Numbered from the stretch's first letter, positions 27,817 through 37,353 are shown. The stretch: 64,000 nucleotides of DNA from a virus (IMGVR_UViG_3300028887_000068:1-64000), one strand, 5' to 3'. Program-made: numbers and translations. The notes: generated by a model from the letters alone, not told the origin.

Positions 27817-28395
27817 CTAGAAGTTGAATCTCCTCACGTCCAATTCTCTGCTAGCCATGTCAATAGTGAGCATGTCGAGGTTCTGGAACTTGAACCCGTA
27901 GCTGTTGATGATGTCATACGCAGAAATGTCTCTGTTACCTGTCATGAAGTGAAACATGTAACGGATGAACATACCGTGGCTGATAGCCACAACGCTCTGT
28001 TTGCCCATCATGCAATGCTCAAGGAACTTAGTAGTTTGGAAACCCATCTGTTCACTTGTAATTGGAACGAGCTTCTCGAATGTCTTTGCATTGACTTCCC
28101 AAAACTTGCGTTTCCCAAGACCCGAGCAGTCGAACTCATTGAGGAATTCAAGCTCTTGGAGCTTATCGTGCAAGTGCGGGAAGAGACAATCAGCTGTCTG
28201 TTTGCACCTGAGAGCACTTCCGGTAAGCAATGTAAAGGGTTCTGTTTCGCTTGGCAAAAACTCGTCCATTGTCTCGTGCCATCTTTTGTAGGTTTCATCG
28301 GGGAATTTCAGGATTTCGCTGTTCTTATAATTCCTAATCATGGATCCGTCAATGTTTGCTTTTGTCGGTGCATGTCTGATGAGATGAATCTTCAT
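27817..28395 (-). CDS. histidine phosphatase (phosphoglycerate-mutase-like) family protein
   Basis: LIRHAPT (RHG-type motif) near the N-terminus and a second His motif AISHGMFIR. Start taken at MKIHLIRH (ATG 28395). Confidence 0.65.
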   Translation of the reverse strand: MKIHLIRHAPTKANIDGSMIRNYKNSEILKFPDETYKRWHETMDEFLPSETEPFTLLTGSALRCKQTADCLFPHLHDKLQELEFLNEFDCSGLGKRKFWEVNAKTFEKLVPITSEQMGFQTTKFLEHCMMGKQSVVAISHGMFIRYMFHFMTGNRDISAYDIINSYGFKFQNLDMLTIDMASRELDVRRFNF

Positions 28396-28628
28396 ACTAA
28401 CCCCCATAGAAGGCAAAGGTGTGGAACTTCATTTCTGTCTTAGTCTCTTCAAAGTCGATGAAGATTGCTATCTTGCCAGTAGCAGCCACGACAGACTGTC
28501 TAGCCGGAACACGCCGGAAAAATCTTCTGAATAAATTAGCCATTATATTTCTCCTTTTGATAAAATGGTTCATCAGTTTATATACTATCGAAGCATCGAA
28601 ACTTTGTAATGAAATAAAGAGGTATAGA

Positions 28629-30713
28629 ATGGCTACTGCAACTGAAACTAGCTCTACACCCGTCTACAACAATAGCTGGGCTTCCCTTGCTGGTTCTATG
28701 GATAGATCCACAAGCGCCCCTCAAGAAACTTATGCTGCCGGGTCTTCTCCGTACCGAAGCTTATCGGAATATCTGCACGGAAGATCTACATTCACGCAAG
28801 AAACTCCTGTTCAGGCAAGCGAAGTCAATTACGCACTGAACCTTCAGTGGAAGGCCGATACGAACCAAGGTGTCATGGATTTTGCGAGAAATCTAAGATC
28901 CGCTGATAACTGGAAGTTCTATGCCGCTATGAATGCTGGCTATGGACAGATAGCTAACTACGACGTCTTTTCCGCCATAGAAAGAGACATGGCTCTTAAG
29001 CATGACTGGGGCGCGGTCAATGTTAACTCTATCGGCGGTATTCTAAGATTGGTTCTTGGTGCTACAGACCAAGCTGGCGGTCTTGGAGCCGAGACTAAGG
29101 CTCTCTTAGAGAAAGGCAGCGGTGCTGTTGAGACCATCAAAAAACTCGCCAACGGTGTCTATGACTATGCCGAGAAGAATGACACTAACCTTGCTTCTGC
29201 TATCTTCGGAAAGGCTGCTAATGATATCTGGGATGCAGCGAAGGAACGTTTCGAGAAGATCAAGGATAAAGTAACCGGGATAGCCGATTCTGGCGAAGCT
29301 TTCTTTGACAGTTTGAAGGAAGGCTTCTCTATCGATATGAGTATGGGCAAGAGTGTTGCTGATGCTCTTATCCATGCTACTGGAACAGTTCTCAATAAGG
29401 CTGTCAGCTTGTTCAGACGTGTCTTTGATATTAACGAACAGGATATTGCCAATGGCTCTCCATCTGCTATGTACAGGCAGTATGTGATGAATGTACCGCC
29501 TACGGCAAGTATGGTGATTGACCCGATGCACCGTATGTACAACAATCATGTGATTGCCACAACTCATGTACTTAACATCATTCCGGGCAACCTTTGGTAT
29601 GGTGGTTTCACCGCTAGAGAAGCCAAGACATCGTCCTATCAGATCGAAAAGGAACTTCAGGACTTTGAAGCTGGAAGAACTGGCACTTTCGTCTTTGATA
29701 CTGATTCCGCTATCTATAAGATGATCAAATACTCCGGTGATGAGAATAAGCGTATGGGATGGTTCGATCCGGCTCCGATGCAGTTCCAGCGTGTCTATTC
29801 TTCCCTCATGGCTAAGGTTCTTGGGCGAATCAGTAACAAACCTGTAATGGCTATGACATTACAAGATGTTACAAAACCGTCCGAAGGTCTTTACATGGGC
29901 GGATGGGGACATTTCTCTATCGCTCTTGGCCCGAACTGTACTATCACTGAAACAGCTAGTAACTCCTTCGGTTCTGGCAAGCTTGAATCTGCTGTGGAAG
30001 GCTTGAAGCAATCTGCTAATGAACTCTACAAACAGTTCTCTAGCGGTGTTGGAACGGCATTTGGTGATAAAGCCAAGAAAGCTATTAACAGAGCTTTCGG
30101 TGCCGATAGCCCGATTTCGGCTGTTGCTAGTAATGCTACAATGCACTGGCCAAAATTCTGGGAAACTTCTGACATGTCCAGATCCTATACACTGTCTTTC
30201 AGACTTGAGTCTCCATATGGAAACTACCAGTCCTTGATAGAATACGTGTATAAGCCGTTCTTGGCACTTCTGGCTATGTCTCTCCCGATTCAGACATCGT
30301 TCTATGGAGCTACTACTCCGTTCGTAATTCGTTGTGACTGTCCGGGTATGTTCTCCATCAGCGAAGGATACGTGTCTTCCATCGACTTCCGTAGAGCTCC
30401 TGACCAGAATACTTATAACGCAAGTGGTCTGGCTACAGCTATTGAAGTTAACCTGTCCATTACGGATATTGACCCATATTTGGCTCTTCCGATTGGCCCG
30501 GCTAGCTTTGCTTCCAACATTAACATGGCAACATGGCTGGATTCACTCTGCGGTGTCGGCTATCAGGAAATCTACAGTGGCGGTAACGCTGCTTCTAAGT
30601 TCAAGACGATGGCTAACTTCGCTAAGCTCATGCCCAACTCGGCTCGTGGTGCTACTGAAAACCTGGTTTCTAAGAAGGCATGGTCGTTCTTCACAGCTGG
30701 CCCGGTTAGATAA
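28629..30713 (+). CDS. large hypothetical protein (694 aa), possibly virion-associated
   Basis: AAGAGG lies 7 nt upstream of the ATG at 28629. The upstream extension to 28419 lacks an RBS. Confidence 0.6.
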   Translation: MATATETSSTPVYNNSWASLAGSMDRSTSAPQETYAAGSSPYRSLSEYLHGRSTFTQETPVQASEVNYALNLQWKADTNQGVMDFARNLRSADNWKFYAAMNAGYGQIANYDVFSAIERDMALKHDWGAVNVNSIGGILRLVLGATDQAGGLGAETKALLEKGSGAVETIKKLANGVYDYAEKNDTNLASAIFGKAANDIWDAAKERFEKIKDKVTGIADSGEAFFDSLKEGFSIDMSMGKSVADALIHATGTVLNKAVSLFRRVFDINEQDIANGSPSAMYRQYVMNVPPTASMVIDPMHRMYNNHVIATTHVLNIIPGNLWYGGFTAREAKTSSYQIEKELQDFEAGRTGTFVFDTDSAIYKMIKYSGDENKRMGWFDPAPMQFQRVYSSLMAKVLGRISNKPVMAMTLQDVTKPSEGLYMGGWGHFSIALGPNCTITETASNSFGSGKLESAVEGLKQSANELYKQFSSGVGTAFGDKAKKAINRAFGADSPISAVASNATMHWPKFWETSDMSRSYTLSFRLESPYGNYQSLIEYVYKPFLALLAMSLPIQTSFYGATTPFVIRCDCPGMFSISEGYVSSIDFRRAPDQNTYNASGLATAIEVNLSITDIDPYLALPIGPASFASNINMATWLDSLCGVGYQEIYSGGNAASKFKTMANFAKLMPNSARGATENLVSKKAWSFFTAGPVR

Positions 30714-30718
30714 AATAT

Positions 30719-30748
30719 ACCTCTAGGGAAAACCCTAGAGGTATTTAA
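30719..30748. terminator. bidirectional terminator
   Basis: Perfect hairpin acctctagggaaaaccctagaggt followed by atttaaa. Confidence 0.65.
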
Positions 30749-30760
30749 ATTCATTTTGGA

Positions 30761-30871
30761 TTACTTCTTTTCGGAATCTTTCTTGTCAGATTCTTCTGCC
30801 TTGATGTTAGTCGCAGCAGTGATAGCTTCATTAGAAGCCGTGTATCCTTGGTATTCGTCTTCAGCAGCCAT
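30761..30871 (-). CDS. 36-aa acidic small protein
   Basis: MAAEDEYQGYTASNEAITAATNIKAEESDKKDSEKK. GGAGG upstream. Below the ORF-track size cutoff. Confidence 0.3.
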   Translation of the reverse strand: MAAEDEYQGYTASNEAITAATNIKAEESDKKDSEKK

Positions 30872-30914
30872 AGCAGCCTCCGTTAGTTAAAGGTAAAAAA
30901 GAAAACCGCCTACT

Positions 30915-31133
30915 TTATTTCAGCGGAGTGAGGTTAAGGATATCGATCTTGTCAGCATTGTCGAATGAATCCTTGACAGGATCAGGTATTCCTTCCCAGT
31001 AGGCGGTTCTAAGCACGTCCTGAAGCCTATCGTAATTTTCGTTCAACGTAGGATCAAAATCCAAGTCGAATTTACGAGTTCTAGACTTCAGGCTCAAACA
31101 TCTTGGTTTGTATGTGATGATGGCATGAAACAT
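30915..31133 (-). CDS. hypothetical protein
   Basis: 72-aa ORF. Confidence 0.4.
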   Translation of the reverse strand: MFHAIITYKPRCLSLKSRTRKFDLDFDPTLNENYDRLQDVLRTAYWEGIPDPVKDSFDNADKIDILNLTPLK

Positions 31134-31169
31134 AGTGACTCCTTTCGGTTATCACTATATAGTTGCCTG

Positions 31170-31505
31170 TCATACCTTTCTTCTATAAAAGTATCCATCA
31201 AGGCACTGCTTATTGTAGGATGAAGCTATCCTCTTCCACTGTCCGTGTAGCTTAGCATGAACTTCGTAGATGCCTATGGAGTTATCATAAAGTAATACAC
31301 GAGCTACAAAGAATTTGGATTCAATCAGCAATACTTTCTTAGGTGCAAATAGAGCCTTAAGTTTCTTTACATTTCGTCTTTCTACACATCTAACAATGAA
31401 GCCAGCGGCTGCTCCGGCTGCAACAGCAAGAACAACCACTATAGCCATCATAGCAATAAACAAGTCACATGGGTTATCTATTGCTATTGGCATTGTCGGC
31501 TTCAA
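31170..31505 (-). CDS. membrane protein
   Basis: 111 aa with an N-terminal hydrophobic helix rich in A/V. Confidence 0.45.
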   Translation of the reverse strand: MKPTMPIAIDNPCDLFIAMMAIVVVLAVAAGAAAGFIVRCVERRNVKKLKALFAPKKVLLIESKFFVARVLLYDNSIGIYEVHAKLHGQWKRIASSYNKQCLDGYFYRRKV

Positions 31506-32037
31506 TTTGTCTGATCAGTGCTCTGTTGGAAGCAGAGATAGCCAAGTATACTTCTGTCTGCGCAACAGTCAGCAACATGATAAATTCCTTCATGGTCTTG
31601 ACCGCATGGTAGATGAAGAGATAAATAGCTACAATATCAACGATAGCGTAGATAGCCATAAGCAACCATTCGCCCTTATGTGCATTAATGACGACAGGGA
31701 AGATGTTCATGACAGCAATGAACGCAAAGATAGGAACAAGTGCAAAGGCTTTGAAAAGTTTCGATGTATCAAAGTTGATCACCGGGATAGAGAAGCTGTA
31801 ATTATGAATCTTCTTTTCTTCTGGCTTTTGTGCAGTCTGTTCTTGGGGTTCAGCCTTGGGTTCCTTCGAAACAGTTTCGTAAGGGGTTTCAACGGCAGAC
31901 ATTTTCTGTTCTTCAGACATATTGTTATTTTCCTCTTGAGATAGGTTTTCTGTTTGGTCTTTCTTACGCCAGACACGGGGATGTGTCAGCGTATGGTTTT
32001 TGTGTGAGTCATTTGTAAATACTGGATATCTGTGCAT
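31474..32037 (-). CDS. membrane protein (start uncertain)
   Basis: 187 aa with two TM helices in the C-terminal half. Confidence 0.45.
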   Translation of the reverse strand: MHRYPVFTNDSHKNHTLTHPRVWRKKDQTENLSQEENNNMSEEQKMSAVETPYETVSKEPKAEPQEQTAQKPEEKKIHNYSFSIPVINFDTSKLFKAFALVPIFAFIAVMNIFPVVINAHKGEWLLMAIYAIVDIVAIYLFIYHAVKTMKEFIMLLTVAQTEVYLAISASNRALIRQIEADNANSNR

Positions 32038-32096
32038 TAGTCTCCTTTATCTATAAATGGTTCATAGATTTATATGCTATTGAAAGATAATTTGAA

Positions 32097-32113
32097 CTAT
32101 ATATAAAGTATAG
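32097..32113 (+). promoter_or_regulatory. promoter-like motif CTATATATAAAGTATAG
   Basis: TATATATAAAG variant of the recurrent motif, about 45 nt upstream of the ATG at 32147. Confidence 0.35.
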
Positions 32114-32146
32114 ACCCTTTTAACTCATTAACTTAAGGAGTAAGAA

Positions 32147-32641
32147 ATGACTGATAAGTCTATCAAGCCTGTTAAGGCCGAAGCCCAGAAGCCCAAGAAG
32201 ATGAATTTTGTAAAGAAGGATGGCAAAAAGCCGTTCTTCAAGAAGAACCGTAAGCCTCTTAAGACAGTTGACATTGATGCCATTCAGAAGAAGGCTGAAG
32301 AACTCTTCAGGAGCAACGATCGTTTCAATGACTTCGAACTGAAGTTTGAAAATACGTTCTATACTGATAAGGCTACTGGCGAAAAGAAGACTCTTGATAC
32401 CATTGCCATGAAGGTCATTAATAAGCAGACCGAAGAAATGAAGGATACAGTTGAACGTATCTTCAAGATCTACAAACATGGCGATAACGATGAAGTGATG
32501 AAGAAGGCGATGAAGTGGCTCAGTGCGCAGCCTTCCATCATTCGTCGTATGTTTAGCGACTATGCCGCAGTGGATGCTAGCAAGGAAAAGAACAACAAGC
32601 TTTTCAAGGCTACGTTCCACGCTCTTGGCAAGCGCTTCTAG
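32147..32641 (+). CDS. basic lysine-rich protein
   Basis: 164 aa. AAGGAG lies 8 nt upstream of the ATG. The N-terminal 40 aa are K/P-rich. Confidence 0.65.
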   Translation: MTDKSIKPVKAEAQKPKKMNFVKKDGKKPFFKKNRKPLKTVDIDAIQKKAEELFRSNDRFNDFELKFENTFYTDKATGEKKTLDTIAMKVINKQTEEMKDTVERIFKIYKHGDNDEVMKKAMKWLSAQPSIIRRMFSDYAAVDASKEKNNKLFKATFHALGKRF

Positions 32642-32670
32642 AATGTCCCGAAAAGGATAGTTGCAATGGT

Positions 32671-32702
32671 AACGGGTGGCGAAAGTCACCCGTTATTTTT
32701 TG
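32671..32702 (+). terminator. rho-independent terminator
   Basis: aacgggtggcgaaagtcacccgtt hairpin followed by attttttt. Confidence 0.75.
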
Positions 32703-32715
32703 TAAATTCTATGAT

Positions 32716-32730
32716 CCTGATAGTATATTA
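32716..32730 (+). promoter_or_regulatory. promoter-like motif CCTGATAGTATATTA
   Basis: GTATATTA at 32723-32730. The 13-mer cctgatagtatat recurs at 59973. Confidence 0.45.
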
Positions 32731-32734
32731 TTTT

Positions 32735-33275
32735 GTGCTGTAGTAGAAATATTATAGCCTTATTCAAGATACATTGGAAATACTTTGGTATATATGGTAG
32801 TCTTGATAGCCTGAGCGGTATGCCGTTAGAGTGTACGGTATAGAAGTGGCTGAAACAACCGCAAGATGGCGATAAGATAGCGACGGTCTTCGTGGCTCAA
32901 GGGTTTAGCATCCTGAGAGCGTCCCGAACTTTCTAGCTAGGAAAGAGGGAATTCGTCGTAGCCGCATTTCTCAATGTCTGAAGAGAGTGCGGTAAGGATG
33001 TCGACAACATCTGAAGGACTAGTAATAGTTCATGCCCCCATATGCGCAGATGGGTAAGACACAAAGTTTAAGCAGGGTGACTCGGATAGCCTGTGGAGAC
33101 GATGTGCCGAATAGCCACGTCATGAACGAACGAGCGTTCATGGTAGAAGACCGGAAGAGAGCTTAAGATCTCTTCTGTAAAAGCTTCCTTGGAATTTGAT
33201 CTGACCAGCATGGCCTGCGTCAGTATTCCTTGGAAGTGATGGAAGCAGCTGAATTTCAGCTGCTTCTTTTTTTGT
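32735..33275 (+). ncRNA. candidate large structured ncRNA (about 540 nt), unclassified
   Basis: About 500 nt with no credible ORF on either strand. GC content is visibly above that of the flanking DNA. It is bounded by the promoter-like motif (32723) and a strong terminator (33241-33274). It contains many local inverted repeats, for example catgaacgaacgagcgttcatg and uaugccgu...acgguaua. Confidence 0.35.
33241..33274 (+). terminator. rho-independent terminator
   Basis: ggaagcagctgaatttcagctgcttc hairpin followed by ttttttttg. Confidence 0.75.
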
Positions 33276-33288
33276 TTGTATATTATAC
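33276..33288 (+). promoter_or_regulatory. promoter-like motif TTGTATATTATAC
   Basis: GTATATTA at 33278-33285, 39 nt upstream of the ATG at 33317. Confidence 0.5.
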
Positions 33289-33316
33289 CATAGCAACAAT
33301 TCTTAAAGGAGAAAAC

Positions 33317-33811
33317 ATGCCAAGACAATTCATTCCGTATGGTCGCATTGCAGAATACATTGACAACTTCTGTAGTACCAGAAAAGCCGAGCATAGAGCT
33401 TATGCGAATACTGACTACAATAGCTATATTACCGGCGAGTCACATGAGGCAAAGATGCCATATGCTACTGTGACTTTCCATATCGATTACTACAAGCACT
33501 ATCCTACAGAGATATACGCCAAGAGACCGAATGACCCCCTCAATCAAGTAAAGGCCATCAACTCCGTGCGTATCTCCATTCAAGCTAGAAGAGATTGCAA
33601 CGAAGAATACGAAGAGGACTTCTATGGAGCTTCTATTCCAGTTCTTGACGCTGTTCTTCCATTCTTTATTGATACTCTTGACGAGTACAAGAGGACGAGA
33701 GAAAAGGAACAGAAAGCCAAGGAAAGAGCAGAGAAGGCTGAACGACGCAAGCAGTACTTGAAGCTGAAGGAAGAGTTTGAACCGGATAGCAAGAAGTCTA
33801 AGAGAAAATAA
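33317..33811 (+). CDS. hypothetical protein
   Basis: AAAGGAGAAAAC ATG at 33317. The ORF-track start at 33230 lacks an RBS and overlaps the terminator. Basic KE-rich C-terminus. Confidence 0.6.
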   Translation: MPRQFIPYGRIAEYIDNFCSTRKAEHRAYANTDYNSYITGESHEAKMPYATVTFHIDYYKHYPTEIYAKRPNDPLNQVKAINSVRISIQARRDCNEEYEEDFYGASIPVLDAVLPFFIDTLDEYKRTREKEQKAKERAEKAERRKQYLKLKEEFEPDSKKSKRK

Positions 33812-33842
33812 AAAGAAACAGCGTAGTGCTGTTTCTTTTTTG
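33811..33842. terminator. bidirectional terminator
   Basis: aaagaaacagcgtagtgctgtttctttttt between convergent genes. Confidence 0.65.
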
Positions 33843-33844
33843 TA

Positions 33845-36127
33845 TTAAGTGTTATGGCCTTTGAGACGCCATGTATATTCAGCCTTCTTACCCGGGTTCC
33901 ATCCTTCGAGACTACCAACGAGATAGCCAGTGATACGACGGATACGGTCGATCTCAGTGCTTCCGCAGAACGGACACTTGTCCTCGTTGAAGATACCTGT
34001 CTTATGGCAGTTACGGCAGTAGTCAACATCAATGTTAACAGCTCCATAGCCGACATTGTTGTCGTGCATACAGCGGACGATCTTTTCATAGGCTTCAAGG
34101 TTCTTGGTAGCATCACCGTCCATGTGGACATAGAGGATATGACCAGCATTGCACAATGCGTGGTACGGAGCTTCGACCTGAATCTTGTGGAAAGCCGAGC
34201 AAGGATATTCAACAGGAACATGGCAAGAGTTCGTGTAGAAGCCTTTATCTGTGATACCCGGAATGTCACCAAACTTAGCTCTATCAAGCTTTGTAAAGCG
34301 TCCAGAAAGTCCTTCAGCCGGAGTAGCGAGAAGAGTGAAGTTGAGCTTATACTGTTCCGTCATCTTGTCGCAATAGTCACGCATGTATTTGACGATTTCG
34401 AGACCCTTCTTCTGTGCTTCTTCAGATTCGCCATGATGGAATCCGGTCATGACCTTAAGGGTTTCTGCCAGACCGATGAAGCCGATAGAGAGGGAACCAT
34501 GCTTCAATACAGATTCGAGCGTGTCGTTCTTGCTAAGCTTTTCAGAATCTAACCATACATGTTGTCCCATGAGGAATTTGAAATTCTTAACACGCTGTTT
34601 GCACTGGAGTTGATAGCGTTCCAAGAGCTGATCCTTGACAAGTTCCATGTACTTATCGAGATCGGCGTAGAATCCTTCCCAGTTACCCTTATTAAGAAGA
34701 GCCAGACGAGGGAGGTTGATAGTTGTGAAGGAGAGATTACCACGTCTCCAAGCCTGTGGTCTGACGGAGTTGATATCTGCCATAACGCGCGTCCGACATC
34801 CCATTGTGGAAATCATCGTTTCCGGATGACCAGGCACGTAATACTGCATATTGAACGGAGAATCCTGGAATTCCCAGTTCGGGAAGAACCTCTTAGCGGA
34901 TACCTTAATGGCAAGCTTAAAAAGATCATAGTTAGGATCGCCTTCCTTGTAGTTTACACCATCCATCACACGGAAGATCTGAATCGGGAAGATAGGGGTT
35001 TCACCATGACCAAGACCTGCGTCTGTCACTTCAAGCATACAACGGATAACAAGACGAGCTTCCGTGGAGGTTTCCGTACCATAGTTGATAGAGGAGAACG
35101 GAACCTGAGCACCTGCACGGCTGTGCATAGTGTTGAGGTTGAACAGAAGTGCTTCCATTGCCTGATAGGTCTTTTCTTTGATAGTCTTCAAACCAAGCTT
35201 AAAGACACGCTTTGCTTCACATTCTTCAAAGCCAGCTGCCATGAAACGATCGACGAACTTCTTTTCATCGTCCATACCGAATTCATAGTCAGTCTTGAAG
35301 ATAGACTTGGATGTAGCCTTGATAGCAGCTTCGTCCATATCAGTAAGGAAGAGAGCGTCTTCGACACTGTGCTTGAGAGCCTTATTGAACGAGAGCTTGA
35401 CGTACTTTGCGAGAGCCAAGTCAAAGTTCGGGATAGACTGACCGCCGTGCTGGTCGTTCTGGTTAGACTGAATAAGGATAGCAGTCTGAGCAGCAGCTGT
35501 ACGGATAGACTGAGGAGGACGGACAAAGCCGTGACCAGTATTGAAACCTGTTTCGAGCATCTGCTGAAGGTCGATCTGTGTACAGGTGGTTGTGATGCCG
35601 TAAAAGTCCATGTCATGAATATGGATGAATCCTTCACGGTGAGCATTGGTAGAACGTTCTGCGATGATGCGATCAAGGAAGAATTCCTTAGCTGCTTCAG
35701 AACCATAGCGAAGCATCTTGCCCATAGCAGATTCGCCATCAATGTTGCCATTTTCGCGCTTGATAGCAGATTCGCTAAGATCGGAGAATGTGATTTCAGC
35801 GAGCTTAGAGTAAAGCGGCATCTTACGATTGCGAGCGCGGTTACGACGGTTACGGAAGTTACGATAAGCTTCGAATTCTTCGGTGAATCCCTTGTCCTTA
35901 ATCGCACAAATCACGATGGACTGCATTTCATCGATCTGGAGTCTTTCCGACTGAAGGTCGTGAATGTCATGGATTACTTCGTCAACAACAATCTGTACAT
36001 TCTGCGGGTCAACCGTCGTGTTATGACGTGCTGCCACTTCTGCGAATGACTTGTATACTGCGTTGAATACCTTGCGTTCCTCGAACGGAACTACTCTGCC
36101 GTCTCTTTTTTCGATCTCAGTGATCAT
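33845..36127 (-). CDS. nrdD: anaerobic ribonucleoside-triphosphate reductase (class III)
   Basis: N-terminal ATP-cone (MITEIEKRDGRVVPFEERKV). C-terminal Zn-ribbon CRNCHKTG...CPFCG and glycyl-radical motif RRITGYL. 760 aa. Confidence 0.85.
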   Translation of the reverse strand: MITEIEKRDGRVVPFEERKVFNAVYKSFAEVAARHNTTVDPQNVQIVVDEVIHDIHDLQSERLQIDEMQSIVICAIKDKGFTEEFEAYRNFRNRRNRARNRKMPLYSKLAEITFSDLSESAIKRENGNIDGESAMGKMLRYGSEAAKEFFLDRIIAERSTNAHREGFIHIHDMDFYGITTTCTQIDLQQMLETGFNTGHGFVRPPQSIRTAAAQTAILIQSNQNDQHGGQSIPNFDLALAKYVKLSFNKALKHSVEDALFLTDMDEAAIKATSKSIFKTDYEFGMDDEKKFVDRFMAAGFEECEAKRVFKLGLKTIKEKTYQAMEALLFNLNTMHSRAGAQVPFSSINYGTETSTEARLVIRCMLEVTDAGLGHGETPIFPIQIFRVMDGVNYKEGDPNYDLFKLAIKVSAKRFFPNWEFQDSPFNMQYYVPGHPETMISTMGCRTRVMADINSVRPQAWRRGNLSFTTINLPRLALLNKGNWEGFYADLDKYMELVKDQLLERYQLQCKQRVKNFKFLMGQHVWLDSEKLSKNDTLESVLKHGSLSIGFIGLAETLKVMTGFHHGESEEAQKKGLEIVKYMRDYCDKMTEQYKLNFTLLATPAEGLSGRFTKLDRAKFGDIPGITDKGFYTNSCHVPVEYPCSAFHKIQVEAPYHALCNAGHILYVHMDGDATKNLEAYEKIVRCMHDNNVGYGAVNIDVDYCRNCHKTGIFNEDKCPFCGSTEIDRIRRITGYLVGSLEGWNPGKKAEYTWRLKGHNT

Positions 36128-36376
36128 TGTTTCGCTCCATTTTAAATTTTACTATGCGGCTTCTTGGGCCTGTTTCCAAAGTAAAGTTCGAACGGTTCTC
36201 CCATCAGAACAGAAAAGAATCGCTAATACTCCAACTCACTCTGAAGTATTTTAGCAATTCAAACTGAGTCTCCGTATTAGCATATCCAGCCTTTAATAGA
36301 GGAAGATCTCTGACGAGAAATTCGTACAATAAAAAGTTCGAAGAAATTTTCCTGCCCGAAAGCAGGAAAACTTGAT

Positions 36377-36892
36377 TTACGAATTCATCTCTTTGAGCTT
36401 AGCCCGTGCCTTGGAGAGCAGAGCTTCGTACTCAGGGAGGAAGTCAAAGGTCTTCACGGACTTCTCGTCACGATTGTCCGTATCCTTATTCTCAATGTCA
36501 TGACCAGCCTTGTCAGTCTTCGGCATGAGTTCCTTAACCTTGTTGTTACTGGTTGTCTTAGGCCAGAAAGACTTTACTTCCTGTTCCTCGTTCTTCTTCC
36601 AGTTATCATTAGATTCATCCTTCTCGTCTTCGCCGAATTCATCGCCAGTCTTCTGAAGACTCTTGACATCCTTTTCAAGACTGTAGATAATCTTCTTGAG
36701 TACACTTTCCGTGTTGGCTTCCTTAATCATCTTCTCATAGTTCTCTAGCTTGTAGCGAACATCGAGCTTAGGAACAGATTTGGAAGTCTTGCTCTCATCT
36801 TTTTCATTCGGAGACGGGTCATTGGATTGGATAGCTTCATTAGCAAAGATACCATTGTAGAAATCTTTGCCAGCGTAGTAGTCTTGTCTCAT
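36377..36892 (-). CDS. hypothetical acidic protein
   Basis: 171-aa ORF overlapping the upstream stop (ATGA). Confidence 0.5.
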   Translation of the reverse strand: MRQDYYAGKDFYNGIFANEAIQSNDPSPNEKDESKTSKSVPKLDVRYKLENYEKMIKEANTESVLKKIIYSLEKDVKSLQKTGDEFGEDEKDESNDNWKKNEEQEVKSFWPKTTSNNKVKELMPKTDKAGHDIENKDTDNRDEKSVKTFDFLPEYEALLSKARAKLKEMNS

Positions 36893-37353
36893 TTCATCCT
36901 CTCAAGTTTTTGTTTAACTTCGTTCAAGATCCCTTCCACTTCCGGTAGAGTCTTCGTTAGCTTTTCCTTTATCTTGTCGAGATCCTTAGATCTCTTCATG
37001 AGGAAGGCTGTCATTGATGCTATACCTGCGAATGGGATCAAAAATAACCCCGCGCTAACAAGGATATCGATAATCTTGCGGAATGCTACGTAGGAGTTGG
37101 TCATACTGCCTTTCGTAATAGCCTTGCTGTCCTTAATGTATTCCTCAATGTCTTTCTTCAGACTATTGAGCTTGGACTTGTCGTCAGCTTCAGCTAGACG
37201 GCTCTTGAAGTGCTTAGGCATCTTGCTAAAATCCAGACTGATGAGCTTATCAAGAGCAGAGTTCGCTTCAGCTATCTCATTTGCTGGAAGCATACCAAAG
37301 AGCTGTTCGGCACGGCTCTCAAGCTGCATCATCTCATTAGCTGTCTTTCTCAT
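36889..37353 (-). CDS. membrane-associated protein
   Basis: 154 aa with a central TM helix (LVSAGLFLIPFAGIASMTAFL). Confidence 0.5.
   Translation of the reverse strand: MRKTANEMMQLESRAEQLFGMLPANEIAEANSALDKLISLDFSKMPKHFKSRLAEADDKSKLNSLKKDIEEYIKDSKAITKGSMTNSYVAFRKIIDILVSAGLFLIPFAGIASMTAFLMKRSKDLDKIKEKLTKTLPEVEGILNEVKQKLERMK

Noticed and set aside
28419-28628. N-terminal extension of the 764-aa ORF starting at 28419
   Set aside because: There is no RBS. The extension overlaps the histidine phosphatase start region. A downstream ATG at 28629 has an AAGAGG RBS and the promoter-like motif.
32780-33230. tRNA, tmRNA, RNase P or group II domain V in the ORF-free region
   Set aside because: No T-loop GTTCRANYC, no tmRNA tag reading frame with an ACCA end, and no CR-I/CR-II-like RNase P blocks were found. 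The segment gagcggtatgccg...gtacggtat only superficially resembles intron domain V, since the bulge, GNRA loop and length are wrong. It is kept only as an unclassified ncRNA candidate.
33068-33394. 108-aa minus-strand ORF across the ncRNA candidate and terminator
   Set aside because: It spans a strong terminator hairpin and a promoter, has no RBS, and has atypical composition.
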